DNA of 64,000 nt from Marsupella aquatica (Eukaryota > Plantae > Marchantiophyta), in assembly GCA_973895155.1 (NCBI GenBank), contig OZ316893.1:5966171-6030170 (forward strand), given 5' to 3'. The translations under genes and the position numbers were made by a program. The notes beneath the pieces are model-generated. The model did not search any database and was not told the origin of the DNA. It saw only the letters and a list, made by a program, of their open reading frames with translations. This document shows positions 39,101 to 52,430 of the stretch, in pieces. Each line of letters starts with the position of its first letter. Within the stretch, counting starts at the first letter, position 1.

Positions 39101-39842
39101 CCTCAAGGTGCTTCCGGATCTCTTTGGTCAACCATGGAGCAATGCTGCATTTTGGTCCCCAAGAGGGCGGCCCCAATTGTGGATCCCAATCGCCATGCAC
39201 AATGTCCCCTCTTTGATTACAATGCTTTCTGCAATTGGAACACAGACAGAACATAAACCATTGCATACAAAATAAGATGGTAGACAGTAAAAACAACTAT
39301 GTGCACAAAATTAGGCAAAACCTAAACTGCAGCACATAAATTCATGTCAACGTGGACCTTGCAACGGACTTGGAGTATGCATAATTAGACAGAATGCATC
39401 CTTGCCTGTTTATGTAGGAGAGCTGAACAGTATCAGGGTTGGGTTTCATCCTCTTCGCAATGAAATGACACTGACATCCTCGCTTGGCATGGTTGTTGAA
39501 TGCATTCTTCCGTAATCTAGGTCTACTCCCAACTCCTGATGTTGGTTTTGTTCCAGGCAGTGGAGGAATAGCTACGCTACGCATGTCTTCCTCTTGTGGG
39601 CCATAGGAACACTAGAAGATGGCATATTCTATCCAATCAGTGTTATTTGAATTAGATTTTCTTGAGGTTCTAATATGAAATGAGCTCTCAAATTTTGGAT
39701 CCTTTCTGCCTTCGCCATCTTTGAAATCAGTGAGACGGTTCCATGGAATGAGAGCTTGGTCACATGGGCTCCAAACAATCTGTAGCGACGAAAATTTCCC
39801 AGCCGGTGGAATCTGTACGTACTCCCATGTTTCATGACTCAT
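36181..39842 (-). pseudogene. MULE (MuDRA-like) transposase, multi-exon, inactivated
   Basis: WRKY/GCM-like KRGCQCHF..H region, catalytic LDSTFATNKYG (D 38721), FIIDCAQAE (D 38117), CSWH, TNGAIEAWH (E 37548) and SWIM finger CDC..CKH. In-frame stops at 39612, 38832, ~38787, ~38760 and 36448; frameshift near 37450. Confidence 0.9.
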
Positions 39843-40223
39843 TGGATTACGCAAAGGCTCCCAACAATTATCCTGCCAAGGCGTTGGTAGAACATAAACT
39901 ACAAGACGAATATTTCTGGTACAGAACTCACACCGCGCGATCGGGTGCATTTGCATTGCAAGGGCAATTGAAATTGAACTGCAACGTGTTTGCAAAGTAG
40001 TACCACGAACGCAAAGACAAAGAGCATGTGAACTGACAAATACCAGAAACATTTAGGGGGAAAGCCAACCGGTGGAAATGAACAGCGGCATAACATGATA
40101 TCAGGTGGCAATGGCAGAATCACACGCACCCTTTGCTTGCAATGACGATCACATTGAAAGTAGTGGCATCACAATCCTGACACTTCAGAATGAAAATCAA
40201 TCTGCCATCATTCTACCGTGAGC

Positions 40224-40536
40224 TCGTGTGCAGGCGGTCCGGAAACGCGCTTGAGTGGACCCTTGAGTGGGATCGCAGGGTTTGACAGCAGTCGACTGTC
40301 GAGACGAGGCAGGGGAGGGTAGCGTTGGCAGGGTCGGGGAGTCATTTCGCGCTCCCGCCCGATTTCAAAACGGACGGACGACGGACGGAAACGCAGTTTA
40401 GGCAGTCGAAGGAGAAATGGTAGAACATAAACCTAGGCCGCGTCGGGGAACGGGCAGGCGGCATTGGATTTCGTGACAGGCAGCGTACGGGGTGCCGCTA
40501 AACTTGGAGCGCATTAACGCGGTGTTGATTTAACCC
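40224..40536 (-). repeat. MULE right terminal inverted repeat
   Basis: Reverse complement of 8407-8701. Confidence 0.95.
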
Positions 40537-42846
40537 GTTAGACTCAGAGTTCTAAAACAAGAGCGATGTCCAAAGCCTGCAGGAGATGTCTAAGCCTGCA
40601 AGAGACTTTAGCTGCGAGAGAAGAATCGGGACTATGCTGGCTGCTGACAGAGGACTCCACAGATGCAAACTGCTGGATGGTGGAAAAGGTGTCTGAAATC
40701 TGGAGAAGCAGCATTTTGAAATTGGAGGAGTAGGGACCTTGTTGCTTTTACATGGTGTCAGCTAGTCCCTCAAGCTCACATTCGCATCTGAGTATCTTCG
40801 CTTCATTGTTGATGCAATTGCAAATAGTCATCTTTGTGATTGTCAGTTCAGAATTAAGGGAAAGGTTCAATGTGTTGTTTTTGCTTTTGTGTGTCAAATG
40901 TTTTTCAAATCAAGCATGACTTCACCAGGGTTAAGAAGGTTCATTGATAGATTTATTGGAGCACCAACTTCCTCAAAAAGTAATTCAAGCATCAATTTCC
41001 TCATTTTTAAATAAATTTTTGTTGGGGGAAATCTGTGGAACTCACAAAAAGGAAACAGTCGTTCACAACAATTGAACCCAGACTACTTGACCTTCCTTTG
41101 CACATGGCGTACTGGGCAATTGCTAGGGCAGAATTTGTCTCCCATCTTTCAAAAAAGGAAAATTCAGCCACCTTGAACCTAAAAAAAAGTACAGTAAATG
41201 AATACTTAGCTTTAACCACCGCTGTCCCAAAAGTTGTGGGAGCACAATAAAGTGACTCCACTTTGTTAACAAGCTAACTAATTATTACCCTGGGTATACC
41301 AGGTTTTCAAAATGTGCACTGGCGTTTGGTCATTTGATTCTTTCCAACTGTCTGCCTCTCTATCCACCGAGACAAATATCAGGTGCCACAGTGTTGTAGC
41401 ATGTGTTACAAGGCATAACTATTGAATGTGACAAAGAAAATTGTTTGGATGTGAGGCTCACAAGGGCCTACAAGTTTAGGTGTGCCTACATAGCATATAT
41501 GTATGGGATTAAGAGAATGTATATATTTGGATGAGAGGTGTGAACATGTGCAGCAAACATAGACATCAAATTAACAGACGGATGTCACTTTTTCATCCCA
41601 CTTGATGGGTCTAATTAGGACCTCTCAAACCTCAAATTTTGATGGACTTTAACTTGGTAGTTAAGGTTAGGAACTACCAATTTCATCACCTAAAATATGA
41701 AGCTTTGAGACGAAAAGTTGGAGTGAGAATAACCCCAAACCCCCCAAGCCTACGAAAAACCACTCTTGAGCAACGTACATGATTATCTTCAAGCGTGCAA
41801 GGGAGGACTTTGGAACAGTGTATTTTTTAAGGTTTTTACTTTTTGGCCACAGTGGCCAATCTCCAGTGTGTGAAGGAGAAGATGCTCTAAATATTTTTTA
41901 TCTGCTTATTTTCGTGACCTCAGATCTCCCTAGTTTTAAGAGATCTCCCTACTGTAGCTTTAAGGATGACCGATAGATTCTGGCTAATGGAACCCGTGAT
42001 TAGGTGGAACATGGGTAATGAGAAAGAAAAATACCAGTTAATTTTGGCCAAAAATGGCGAAAGCTTTTTGGGGAGGTGAAATGTGACGAATTTTCGCCGC
42101 TTTGGAAGCCATCACCATTTCCCACAGAAGAGAAAGTCATAAGCCGTCCGCACTTCCGCGTTGCTTAGCTCCTGCAACGCAATGCTCTCGACTTCCTAGT
42201 CTAGCACACCAGATCTCAGGTCCGCCGAGCTGGATTGAAGTTGAGTGCTTCTGCTGGAGGTAAAATCAGAGGACCCATAAGCCAGAGGTAATCCCATAAG
42301 CCAGAGGTAATCCCGGCAGCAGAGCTCCCAGACTGTGAAGTGTACGTTCTCATTATCCAGGTTCGGTCGTTTAAGTTGCTGAGTTTGGAAGTTGCTTGAT
42401 TGATGATCCAACATTCCAATCGCCTGATAAGGTGGTAGCCCAAGTGTGAAGATAAATTTGATTTGATTGCTTGAACCAGGCATGTTGGGAGCAATTGTTG
42501 AAGCTAGGTGGCATTGAATCTAAGCGGGCATGTAAAGCTTGGGAGCTAGAGTCGCAATTATCAGTGGAATGCTTTGGGCCATTTTGATTGGCTCATTCTG
42601 TTCTCAATGTCTGTAACAAATTGAGGACTCCTAAAGTTGTTCACCCACAGTTGCTCTCGGAGTAAAGTATGTGTGAAATCTGTCCATCTGTTTGTGTATT
42701 TTCAGCAAAGGTACGTCAAATGGCGAGAGTTTGTTTCCTGTGGATTTGCCTGAAGATTGTGACTATCTACTGTTTGTTGAAATTCACTCCGTTTGAGTCT
42801 TACGTTGAACCTTGCGTTGTTGTTCTGCTTTGTTGCAGTTCCAGCG

Positions 42847-45174
42847 ATGGGTTCAGTCAAATGTGATGAAAGGAACAAAGCTCACTTGCTTTTCATACCT
42901 ATACCCCATCATGGGCATCTGCTGCCAGGGTTAAGGCTCGTGACCGAGCTTGCTCGAAAGGGTATCACTATTACCTGTGCAGTCTATGATGACTTACTAG
43001 CTAGGCTTTCCTCCAACGGTTTACTATCGGACCTTCAAAGTCTCGACGTCCAATTCATTGGAGTGCACAATCCCTGGGGACCAACCGATGACATACCTGC
43101 GATAGATTCAAGGAACCTACAGGCGTCTTTCAGGGCAGTGTTGGAGAAGCTACTCCGTGATAGGAGCTCTGGCATTCCAGGTCCTACTTGTCTCTTAACA
43201 GACATGTTTCTTACATGGGCTCAGGTACTCACGCTCTCCTTGGCAACCGGTGACAGTGCGATTGCAGACTATCTGAAATCTGTTGTTGTGAGTTGGAACT
43301 GGTAGGACTTAAAACCATAAACTAAGAGTTATCTCAAGATCTGAAATACGGACCTTGTTTTTCCTTCTGATAGCCTTCATCTTTTGTCTCTATCCTTTTC
43401 GAGGGAATTACCGCTGATAAAGTATTGTCATCTGGAATCGAATGACTAATTATTTTGTAAAGGCTAAGCCGTGAAAGAGCATGCCTTTCTTTAGGCACAC
43501 AGTATGATGGAGCTATGATATTCATATTGTCAAGATACTCAAACTGTACCAAGTCGGCATTTTGCCTTGAACATTAACTGACAAACGGTGCAACAGGACC
43601 TGTCCGAGAAATTAGAGATACCATTTTACATGTTCATTCCGTCTGGAGCAATCTTAGCGAAACTGATGCAAGAAAATATTCGGCTCAGGGCGCAAAATAT
43701 TTTTAAGCTAGATCCGGATGGCATGCTCTCCAAATATGACGGAGCCATTGGTATGGATGGTCTTCCGTCTCTGCGTTACCACGAGCTCATTTATTCTGCA
43801 AAACAACATCCTGCTCATTTCCTGGTTAGAGGTCAAGTAATGTGCAAAGCAGCCGGGGTTGTAATAAATACCTTCTACGAGCTTGAAGAAACGGTTATTG
43901 AGTCCATCGTTAATCCAAGTCTTCTTGGATTTGAGGAGAATAAGGTATGGTGCTTTCTTCCCACAGAAGTGGAACTTTACACTTCAGCTGAACTGGATGC
44001 TTGTGTCGTCTGATGCTCGTGTGACTAACTTGCTCCACCCCCAAGTAATCTCATCGTGGTGCCAAATATCCAGTGACATTGACACTTTTTTTCTTGTTGG
44101 TTCTTCAAGTATGATTGTCCCACCTTAAGCCTAGAGCCTATTATATTCCCAGCCCTTTCGTGGTTTTCTTGTGTGTACGTATTCTCTCCACCAACATCTC
44201 CATGCATAGGGTTTATTTGAAACTAGGCGAATGAAGTGAAGGCTAACTTGCCTTGTGATTCTGCTGCAGGTGGGAAAGGTTTTTCCTGTGGGTCCTTTGT
44301 TTACGGCATCACCCAAGCTCCGTAGCATTTCAGTTGTGAAGGAATTAACAGGCTCTGCAGACGGATCCATTTCTTGGCTGACTTCCCAGCCTCCCTCTTC
44401 AGTGCTCTATGTCGCTTTCGGGACCATGGCCAAACTCTCTGCAGAGAAGATATATGAGCTTGCATTGGGGCTGGAGGGCAGTAAACAGCGTTTCTTGTGG
44501 GTTCTTCCACAACGAAAATTCGGCTCGGAAGAGAATATCTCTTCAATCACTGATTTTCTTCCCGAAGGTTTTCAAGCACGAGTACTAGGTGACCGTGGCC
44601 ACATTGTTACTGGCTGGGCTCCTCAGCTAGAAATTCTGTCTCATTCAGCCACCGGGGGTTTCCTCACACATGCCGGATGGAACTCTTGTATGGAGAGTAT
44701 CACAATTGGTGTGCCAATGATTGCATGGCCACAATGGGCGGAGCAGCATCTTAATTGCAGGTAAGGAGTTTCGCTTCACAGGATGTGACCATACTGAACC
44801 AATTCATCTAGTAGATCCCTCTTCATTAACTCAAGTAGGTTTTTCTTCTCCTGGATCAGTCGTGACACATTGACTTGTCTGAGAGATATGCTTGCAATGG
44901 GAAAATGTGTTGCCACAGGTACATGGTGGATAAGTTGAAGATAGCTGATGAAATTCATACAGGACCTGACAACATTTTAAATCGGAAGGAGGTTGAGAGG
45001 GCCGTGATGCTGTTAATGGTACAACCAGAAGGGAAGGAAATGAGGAGACGAGTAGAGGTGCTCAAAAGGAAGGGCGCAGAAGCAGTAGCCGAGGACGGCT
45101 CTACGGCAAGGGCGATTAATGACTTAGCATGTGATATATATGCCCGTGTCCCCCATCGTGCTAAGAAAGTCTAG
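42847..45174 (+). CDS. Family-1 UDP-glycosyltransferase (490 aa), exons 42847-43224, 43597-43944, 44270-44760, 44919-45174
   Basis: Catalytic His in PHHGHLLP, Asp in TDMFLTW, INTFYELE, and PSPG box WAPQLEILSHSATGGFLTHAGWNSCMESITIGVPMIAWPQWAEQ. Splice sites keep the frame. Confidence 0.95.
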
Positions 45175-48100
45175 AACTTGGCCAGGGACAGGACTGATCA
45201 TGGCATTTAACTAGAATACTCATGTCATCAGCATTATTGATTGCTACTCTTGGGGGCTTATGCCCAAAGAGACCGTTGCATGCAGAGGCTCAGGGGATGG
45301 ATGATGCCAATTTCTAGCAAGCAATTTGGATACTTTCTGCTCCATCTAAATATCGTCTGTTTGGCCACGTTGGCTAGTCCGCAAATCGCTATTCTACGAT
45401 TCTTTCGTGGCAGGATGAGCTCATTGTACATGTTCTGTGAGGCTAATTTAGAATGAGCTCAATATACATATTCTTTGGCGGTACCATGGCCAGCCTAGAT
45501 AGAATTCATTCTACAAATTTGAGTGGTCAGCTTGGCCAGTTCAAGAGAAGGCTCCGAAGCCTTTGCCAAACAACCTAGTTGGTAGCACCAATCTCAAAAC
45601 CCTAGTGGTAGCATCCTTGCCGAAAAACTGAGGTTATAATCTCCTTGCCTTCGTACATTGATGGTCAGAAAACCCGGTGTGTTGTGTAGTGAATCTTCGA
45701 TTGCTACATTGGGCCACCACAGCCATAATAGCATTTCCTCGCTGGCTCTCAGGTGATCCTGAAGCTGCCGGCCAATGTAAAAAATAGTGAATCAACGTGA
45801 TTCGTGTGGTAACTACAATGAGGTTGTTGACAAATTATAAGATTCGACCGGATGCTCGTTTCTTACAGAGAGAGGGCTCTCACAGGCAATTCTAGTCGTT
45901 ATGAGAAGAATGCCGATGTATTCAAACTATTGTCTCGTTGGCTGGACATTTCAGGTCCTCGATGACTGTGATGCTCCGTTTCATCACGAGGGTGATGAAT
46001 TTGACTTCGTACTATTCTGCAACATCCCCCTGTCGTATTGGGATTTGCGAAATATAGCATTAGCAGAAAGCTTCAGGAGGCTCACATGTTGTTGCGAAAC
46101 CTTGTACTCTGTGTCTCCTCGAAAATGTTTTCTTTAACTCCCTTTGGATCAGTTCTGCTTCAAGATATACAACAGAATTTGGAACACAAACCTGTTTGAC
46201 ATAACCACGAGTCTATCAGTCTGTTGCACTTTCACACTGCCTAAAGTTGGCCTACCCCTTCCCCACCCACAAGGAGTGAATGCCCTCGCTTCGCTCTACA
46301 ACAGCAATCCATGACAAATGAAATTGCTCACTCCAGGCCTTTTCAATAATGTAAATTATTGATGTAGTCATGGTCAAGCATTACCAAACAATCCAGACAA
46401 ATAGATTTCCTCCCCACAACCTAACCACATCTTTCCAAGACAGTCATTATCCTGTTTACTGTGACTGCTCACCATCTCCAACCCTGACTGAAAAGCCTTA
46501 CAGCAATGCAGTGTTGACCCAACCCAGATAAAGTGGGAAAAGGCATGTCCAGTGGACTCATGGCAATGCTATCACAGATTCCAGGAGCCAGTAATCTTAC
46601 AAATCCTAGTGAGTTTGAGTTTAATTATGCTCACTGAGGATCGTTTGTCACGAACTTTGAGGTGGTATTGTGTAATGCGAGCAAACAGGAATTTTGATAG
46701 CGAGCAGAATGTTGTTAGCGAGACACTAGTGGTTTTAAATTTCTTTAGCTTTTTTGCTGAATTTAATATTTTTTTGGTTAGGAAACTCACTAGCCATGTT
46801 TCCTAACCAAAAGAGGAGTCCCAAGGATTCTGGCCTCAACCACCTCAACTCTCCAATCTCTGCAAACTCCTTCAGCATCTGCCGTTTCCGAGACCGGAAG
46901 AGACCAATTCGCCACCACAATGATAGCTCCACGAAATGCCTAATCCTCCGCTTCTACCCTACACTGCCTCAGCTTTCTCCTCTGCCTTCTTCTGGCCACT
47001 CCTCTACTCCTCAAACAACAAAAAACGACGGTCGAGGCTCTACACTAGCTACCCACCACTCTACCAAATGACTCTCAGCCTTGCAGGAAGACCTTAGTCG
47101 ACCGTTTGTGAAGCTGGGTATCAATGACAGTTACATAAGCTCAAGTCAGGATCACAAGAATGTTGCTGCAAGGAGGGAGTCTGAGACTAACCTCCAAAAC
47201 CAGACGATTGTGGCAATAGCGCATCTCAACATTCAAGTAGCATTCCAGAGATATCCTGGTCAAAGCGGTTCATCTCGAGATCAGGATTGCTCTTTTCCAG
47301 AACATTATCTCCTAAGACACCAAGAGACTTGCATTACTTTGCAAGCTATGGTCTGTTGTCCATGGACGTTGACTAAGGCACACCAGCAAAAATAGGATGT
47401 TGGGACCACCCACCTGGGGTGCAACTAAAGTTGAAAGCCAATCTAATGCCGCTTTTGTTGAATGCAACACTGCCAATTCCTTTACATTTCCCAGATCCAA
47501 CAAGTACCCCTGGCTAACACCAGCCAGCCAGTCTAAAGTGGGACTTTATTTTGATCCTAAAGTGGATCCTGCCCATTTTGCTGATCGTCTATTTGCAAAA
47601 TGTTACATGGGTGGGATAAAATCATGGTCGGCTGCATAGTATTAATGTTTGTTTGTCACTGTTTGATTGGCTAGAAACACCTCCCCATGTCAGGTCCCAT
47701 GTGCCCTGGCTCCCCACCTTCATGATGTCCCCTCCGCCTTGTTGTCTTTGCCTCAGCCTAGCCCTTTGCACCTCACCTCGCCATTTGTGACCCTTAGTAT
47801 CCATGCCTCACCCTTGCTAATCATGCAACGCACTGGCATGGGCGCATCATAGAATGGTTGTCACTCACACAATCATACATGACTCCTGCCTAGACTGAGA
47901 GAGCCATGAAATCTTACACAAAATCAAGACCTGTACTATAATAGCTGGCGTTAATAGAGTCTAGTTCTCAACTATAGTTAGTTTGGCTTTACTAGGATGT
48001 TAACCTTAGATTAGTCAGAGATAAAATTCAACTAGGCCCACACATCTCAGTCTCCTTGGGTAACTGATATAGGCTGAAGGAAGAGCAATCCTTCCTCATT

Positions 48101-49034
48101 TTTAACATGTATCTCTCATACTATGATCCATAAAGAGTTTCTCAATTGTGTCTTTATGGTTTAGTGTGAGATTGGGTGCACTGTCATGTTCTGTTTCTGT
48201 GCGCCCGGTGACCCACCCCCACACCAATTTTTGCTTACCAGGCTGACTTGCTCTTCTTTGATCCCAAATAGAGGTGAGTACATTCAAACCCACAACCATT
48301 CCACTTATTCCCATTCAATTGGTTTTGAGTGACTCCTGTTTGCTCTATTTTCAGAGCATATGGCCATGTTTTCCACCTCCACCCCATCACCTTAAGTTGC
48401 ACCCCCAAAGCCCAGGCCTAGTGACTTCACTCTAGCCCAGACCCTGAACAGTAGGTTCACATCTCAATTTAGATTTTGTCAAGCAATATAATATGGGTGA
48501 CTGCCAGCCTATTTCCTACTACTGAATGTTTAACTACCATCAGATCTTCCTAAGGATATGGAAAACCCTTAGATCTTCCTAGATCGGGCGAATGAAACAC
48601 AGCCACATGTGTTAATCTGGCGTAATCGCCTCGGTTTTTCAGTTGGTGTTCCGCCATTTGTATGTAGCCAGAGCATCTCGTAGGCAAGGTGTACGCGATC
48701 GAATTTCGCCCACAAAAAGAATGGAGTGGACGAAGAAGAAAACCGCGAAATGGGCCCCGAAATTTGGATTACAGAAGTAGAAGGAAATCAGCCGTGAGCG
48801 ACGAGGCTTTGCTTTCGGCCAAGCAGAGCAGAGCCGGAGCTTTATCATTTCGTTGCAGCTGTTGTTGTTGATCTTGTTGCAGATGGCCGCGGTTTCAGCT
48901 ACTATCGTCGGTGCTCTGACGGAAGGAAGGAAGGAAGGAAGGAGCGATTGTTCACCTATAGCCCTCACTAGCTTAGGAATCTCTTGACATTTCAGACGTC
49001 GACGATTCGGCTCTGTGTTGTGCGGGGCTCAACG

Positions 49035-51261
49035 ATGGCGAGTCAGTCCAATGTCTGTTCGTTCAGCAGCTCTTGTCTAGGAAACCAGTCGCAGCTCAGT
49101 CAATTCAGCTTTGCTTACGCCAATTCAGGTCAGAATCTGTGGCAGTCCAAGGATTTGCCGCCGTTGAGGAGAATGGAGACAAAACTTAGGGCTGAAAGAA
49201 TTACAAGGAGACCGCGAAGGGAAGGTTTCGAGAGCTGGCAGAATTCGGATAGGGAAGACTACGAGGAGCTTGACGGCACGAGTAGTTGGGATGCCAATGC
49301 CGAGAACATTCGTAGGCGAAGATCCAAGAGGATGTATTACTCTAGACCAGAGGAAGAGGATGATGAGCCGTCCCCGTCCATGCGAGAGAGAGACAATATA
49401 TCTGATAATTCTAGGTCGGACTACGACGCAAATGATAGGTCTGGAAATAGCCGTTGGGACTTTGGGACGAGTAGCAAGTATGGCAATAAGGATTGGGATT
49501 ATGAGACGGAACCCAACAGGGCCCAAACAAAAGCCAAAGGTTGGCAATGGTGGTTTGCTGACAACAGTGATGACGCTTATGGGGAGGACGACGGTTATGA
49601 AGAGGAAGATAATTGGCTCTCGTGGCTGAATGTGGATGTCAAAGATGTAAGATTTCTGTCCCGTCCTCGTCCTGTTTAGTAAGGCAGTTTAATTGTATCG
49701 CTGTCTAGGTTATCCCGTGTGGATGAGGCATTCTGGCTTACAAATTCACATGTTCCAAACTTGAAGTCATGGCTACAAACCGACTATTTGTGCTACCTAT
49801 AATTCTTACTCTGTGCTAAGTTGCTGCTTTGGCTCTAATCGCTCGTCCAGTGGAGTCTGTCGGCCCAATACACCAACTGTTGGTTCCCTCCTCGCTAGTG
49901 GATAAGGCTCAAGCCTTAGCTAGTGACATGTCCCGGATGGAGGACCCATTTTGCTGCCTAAGAGGCTAGGAATAAAATATTGGACACGCCCAATCAGAGC
50001 TGCATCCACCTGCATAGGCTGGTTTGCAAATTCCTAATCGCAAACATCCAAAGTGAAACAGTGCCTACCTGGACATAGCCTACGGACAATAAGTGCAGTC
50101 TGAGGTACTAGTGAATCCTAGTACTGTATGGAGAACTCTCAACCTATCGTCCATTCTTTACAAGATTTCCGAGGAGCGAATTGTCCAACCCGCTGATAAA
50201 CTTACCTTCTCAGATCTTGGATCTGCCAATACTGTAGTTGCAGAATCAGAGAAATTGCTACCTCATGATCACTGAAAGTCCGGAATTTTCCGAGAAACCG
50301 GAACTTTCTATTTCTTCGAATAGAACTACTGAACCCATAGGTTTATTATCCCCAATCATCTGGTGAGATTTTCCTGAACTTCCTTCTAATCCGCAAAATC
50401 GAACTAAACTATTCTTACCTCGTTTACTGGCCGGTACAAAACTTATGGCTTTCTATAGGTATTGAAATGGGAGCTTAGACACAAGCGAAGGCCTTTGAGC
50501 AGGGTTTCCTTCCTCTTGCGCACTGCATTTTTTGCTTACCAATTCTGCATAATGTCAAGTAAGATGTGTCTAAGTCAAAGTTATCTCTTCTATTTGACGG
50601 TCAAATAGAAGTGCATAGTGTCAAATAAAAAGTATGTTTAAATCTAACGTTGCAGCTAACGGGGTCTCGGTCTCCGTTATTTCAGGCATTATTGCTTCTA
50701 CGGTGGGGACTACCTGCAGCCTTTTTACTTTGCACTGCAGTGATCCCAGTGATGATAGGTAATCCCCTAATGCTGCTATTTGGGTTTACTATCTTCCCAG
50801 CTGTGGTCAAGTTCCTCAATCCACTTGTCAAGGATTTTTTCCCTTCTGCGGCTAACCCTTTTGGGAGTTCTGCCTCTACTCGCACAAAGAAGCGGCGTCA
50901 ATCTGCTTCAGGAAATTATCGTAGGAGCCAGGATACACCAAAGTACACTGATTCTGCTTCAACGTATTCTCGTAGGAGCCAGAACACAGCAAAATACACT
51001 GATGCTGGCTCCCCGTCTGCGCCCATTAATAGAAGCTACGAGTCTGATGGTCCCAGACAGAATGTCCCCTTCAAGACGAGTGACCTTGGTGGGTGGGATG
51101 ATTTGATTGAAGATAGATATAGGAACAGTGCCGAAAGCCAATGGCCATTGCAGAGAACAGCAAAGTCAGGAAAGAAGCTTGCTAGGAGAGAGCAGCCATT
51201 GGTTATACGAATCATTCTAGCCTTCTTTCCATTTCTGCGTGGTTGGGCTGGTTTATATTAA
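49035..51261 (+). CDS. Putative plant membrane protein of unknown function, possibly plastid-targeted; exons 49035-49646 and 50686-51261
   Basis: Ser-rich N-terminus, acidic WWF..DD..EEED region, two hydrophobic helices, LGGWDDL motif and C-terminal PLVIRIILAFFPFLRGW. Phase-0 GT-AG intron. Confidence 0.8.
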
Positions 51262-51559
51262 CGACCACATGTGAAAGCTTAATATAAATAATCCGTTCTT
51301 TGCTTCGAGTCTTTCTGTTCTCCTGATGATTGAGAAGAAGAGTACATACTTCATGCATCCTTGACTACACTTGGATTCCCTACGTTGGCTGGCTAATTAG
51401 TCACCCTTCTGGGGGTACTTGTGTAGCTGACTATGATAGAGGAGATCTGTGTAGACAAAGCGTAAATTCTGTATGGAATGAAGGTTACTGGTGGGTAACC
51501 TTTTGTACTCCATGCTCCTATTCTCATACTTGGTGCCGGCAATATACAATCTGGTAATC

Positions 51560-52430
51560 TTTTTCCAAACAGGATTTACTTATAATAAGCAAGGTCAGTT
51601 CTAGACTGTAACCCTCTACGTGAATGTTCAAAAAAGCTTCCCTATTTTTCCAAACAGGATTTACTTATAATAAGCAAGGTCAGTTCTAGAGTGTAACCCT
51701 CTACGTGAATGTTCAAAAAAGCTTCCCTACTGCCACTGGTTAGTTTATTCTCACATTCGGGGCAAGGTCAGTTCTAGACTAAAACCCTCAACGTGAATGT
51801 TCAAAAAAGCTTCCCTATTGCCACTGGTTAGTTTATTCTCACATTCCGAACACATGGTTACAGCCTAGTATAGACTGTACCCTCTACCTGAATGTTCAAA
51901 AAAGTTTCCCAGCTGACACCGGTTAGTTTATTTTCACATTCCTGACACAGGTTACAGCCTAGTATCACCCTCTACCTGAATGTTCAAAAACGTTTCCCAA
52001 CTGACAAACGTTAGTTTATTCTCACACTCTGGACACAGGTTACTCTACCTGAATGTTCAAAAACGTTTCCCAACTGACAAACGTTAGTTTATTCTCACAC
52101 TCTGGACACAGGTTACTCTACCTGAATGTGTTTATTCTCACACTCTGGACACAGGTTACTCTACCTGAATGTTCAAAAACGTTTCCCAACTGACAAACGT
52201 TAGTTTATTCTCACACTCTGGACACAGGTTACTCTACCTGAATGTGTTTATTCTCACACTCTGGACACAGGTTACTCTACCTGAATGTTCAAAAACGTTT
52301 CCCAACTGACAAACGTTAGTTTATTCTCACACTCTGGACACAGGTTACTCTACCTGAATGTTCAAAAACGATTCCCAACTGACAAACATTAGTTTATTCT
52401 CACATTCTGGACACAGGGTAGAGCCTAGTA
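51560..52430. repeat. Tandem repeat array ending in near-identical 73-bp and 43-bp units
   Basis: CTCTACCTGAATG units start at 51970, 52043, 52116, 52159, 52232, 52275 and 52348, with more diverged units upstream. Confidence 0.9.

Larger units (their letters stand above)
8407..40536. mobile_element. Mutator-like element (MULE); ~9.0 kb after removing nested insertions
   Basis: Highly similar ~290-bp TIRs: GGGTTAAATCAACACCGCG... (8407-~8701) and ...CGCGGTGTTGATTTAACCC (~40224-40536). MULE transposase remnants on the - strand and a convergent second gene (MuDR-like layout). No 9-bp TSD found. Confidence 0.9.

Noticed and set aside
48250-48480. Possible LINE endonuclease start (TYNVQGLG-like) on the minus strand
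   Set aside because: It needs frameshifts to read and is too decayed to support without a profile search.
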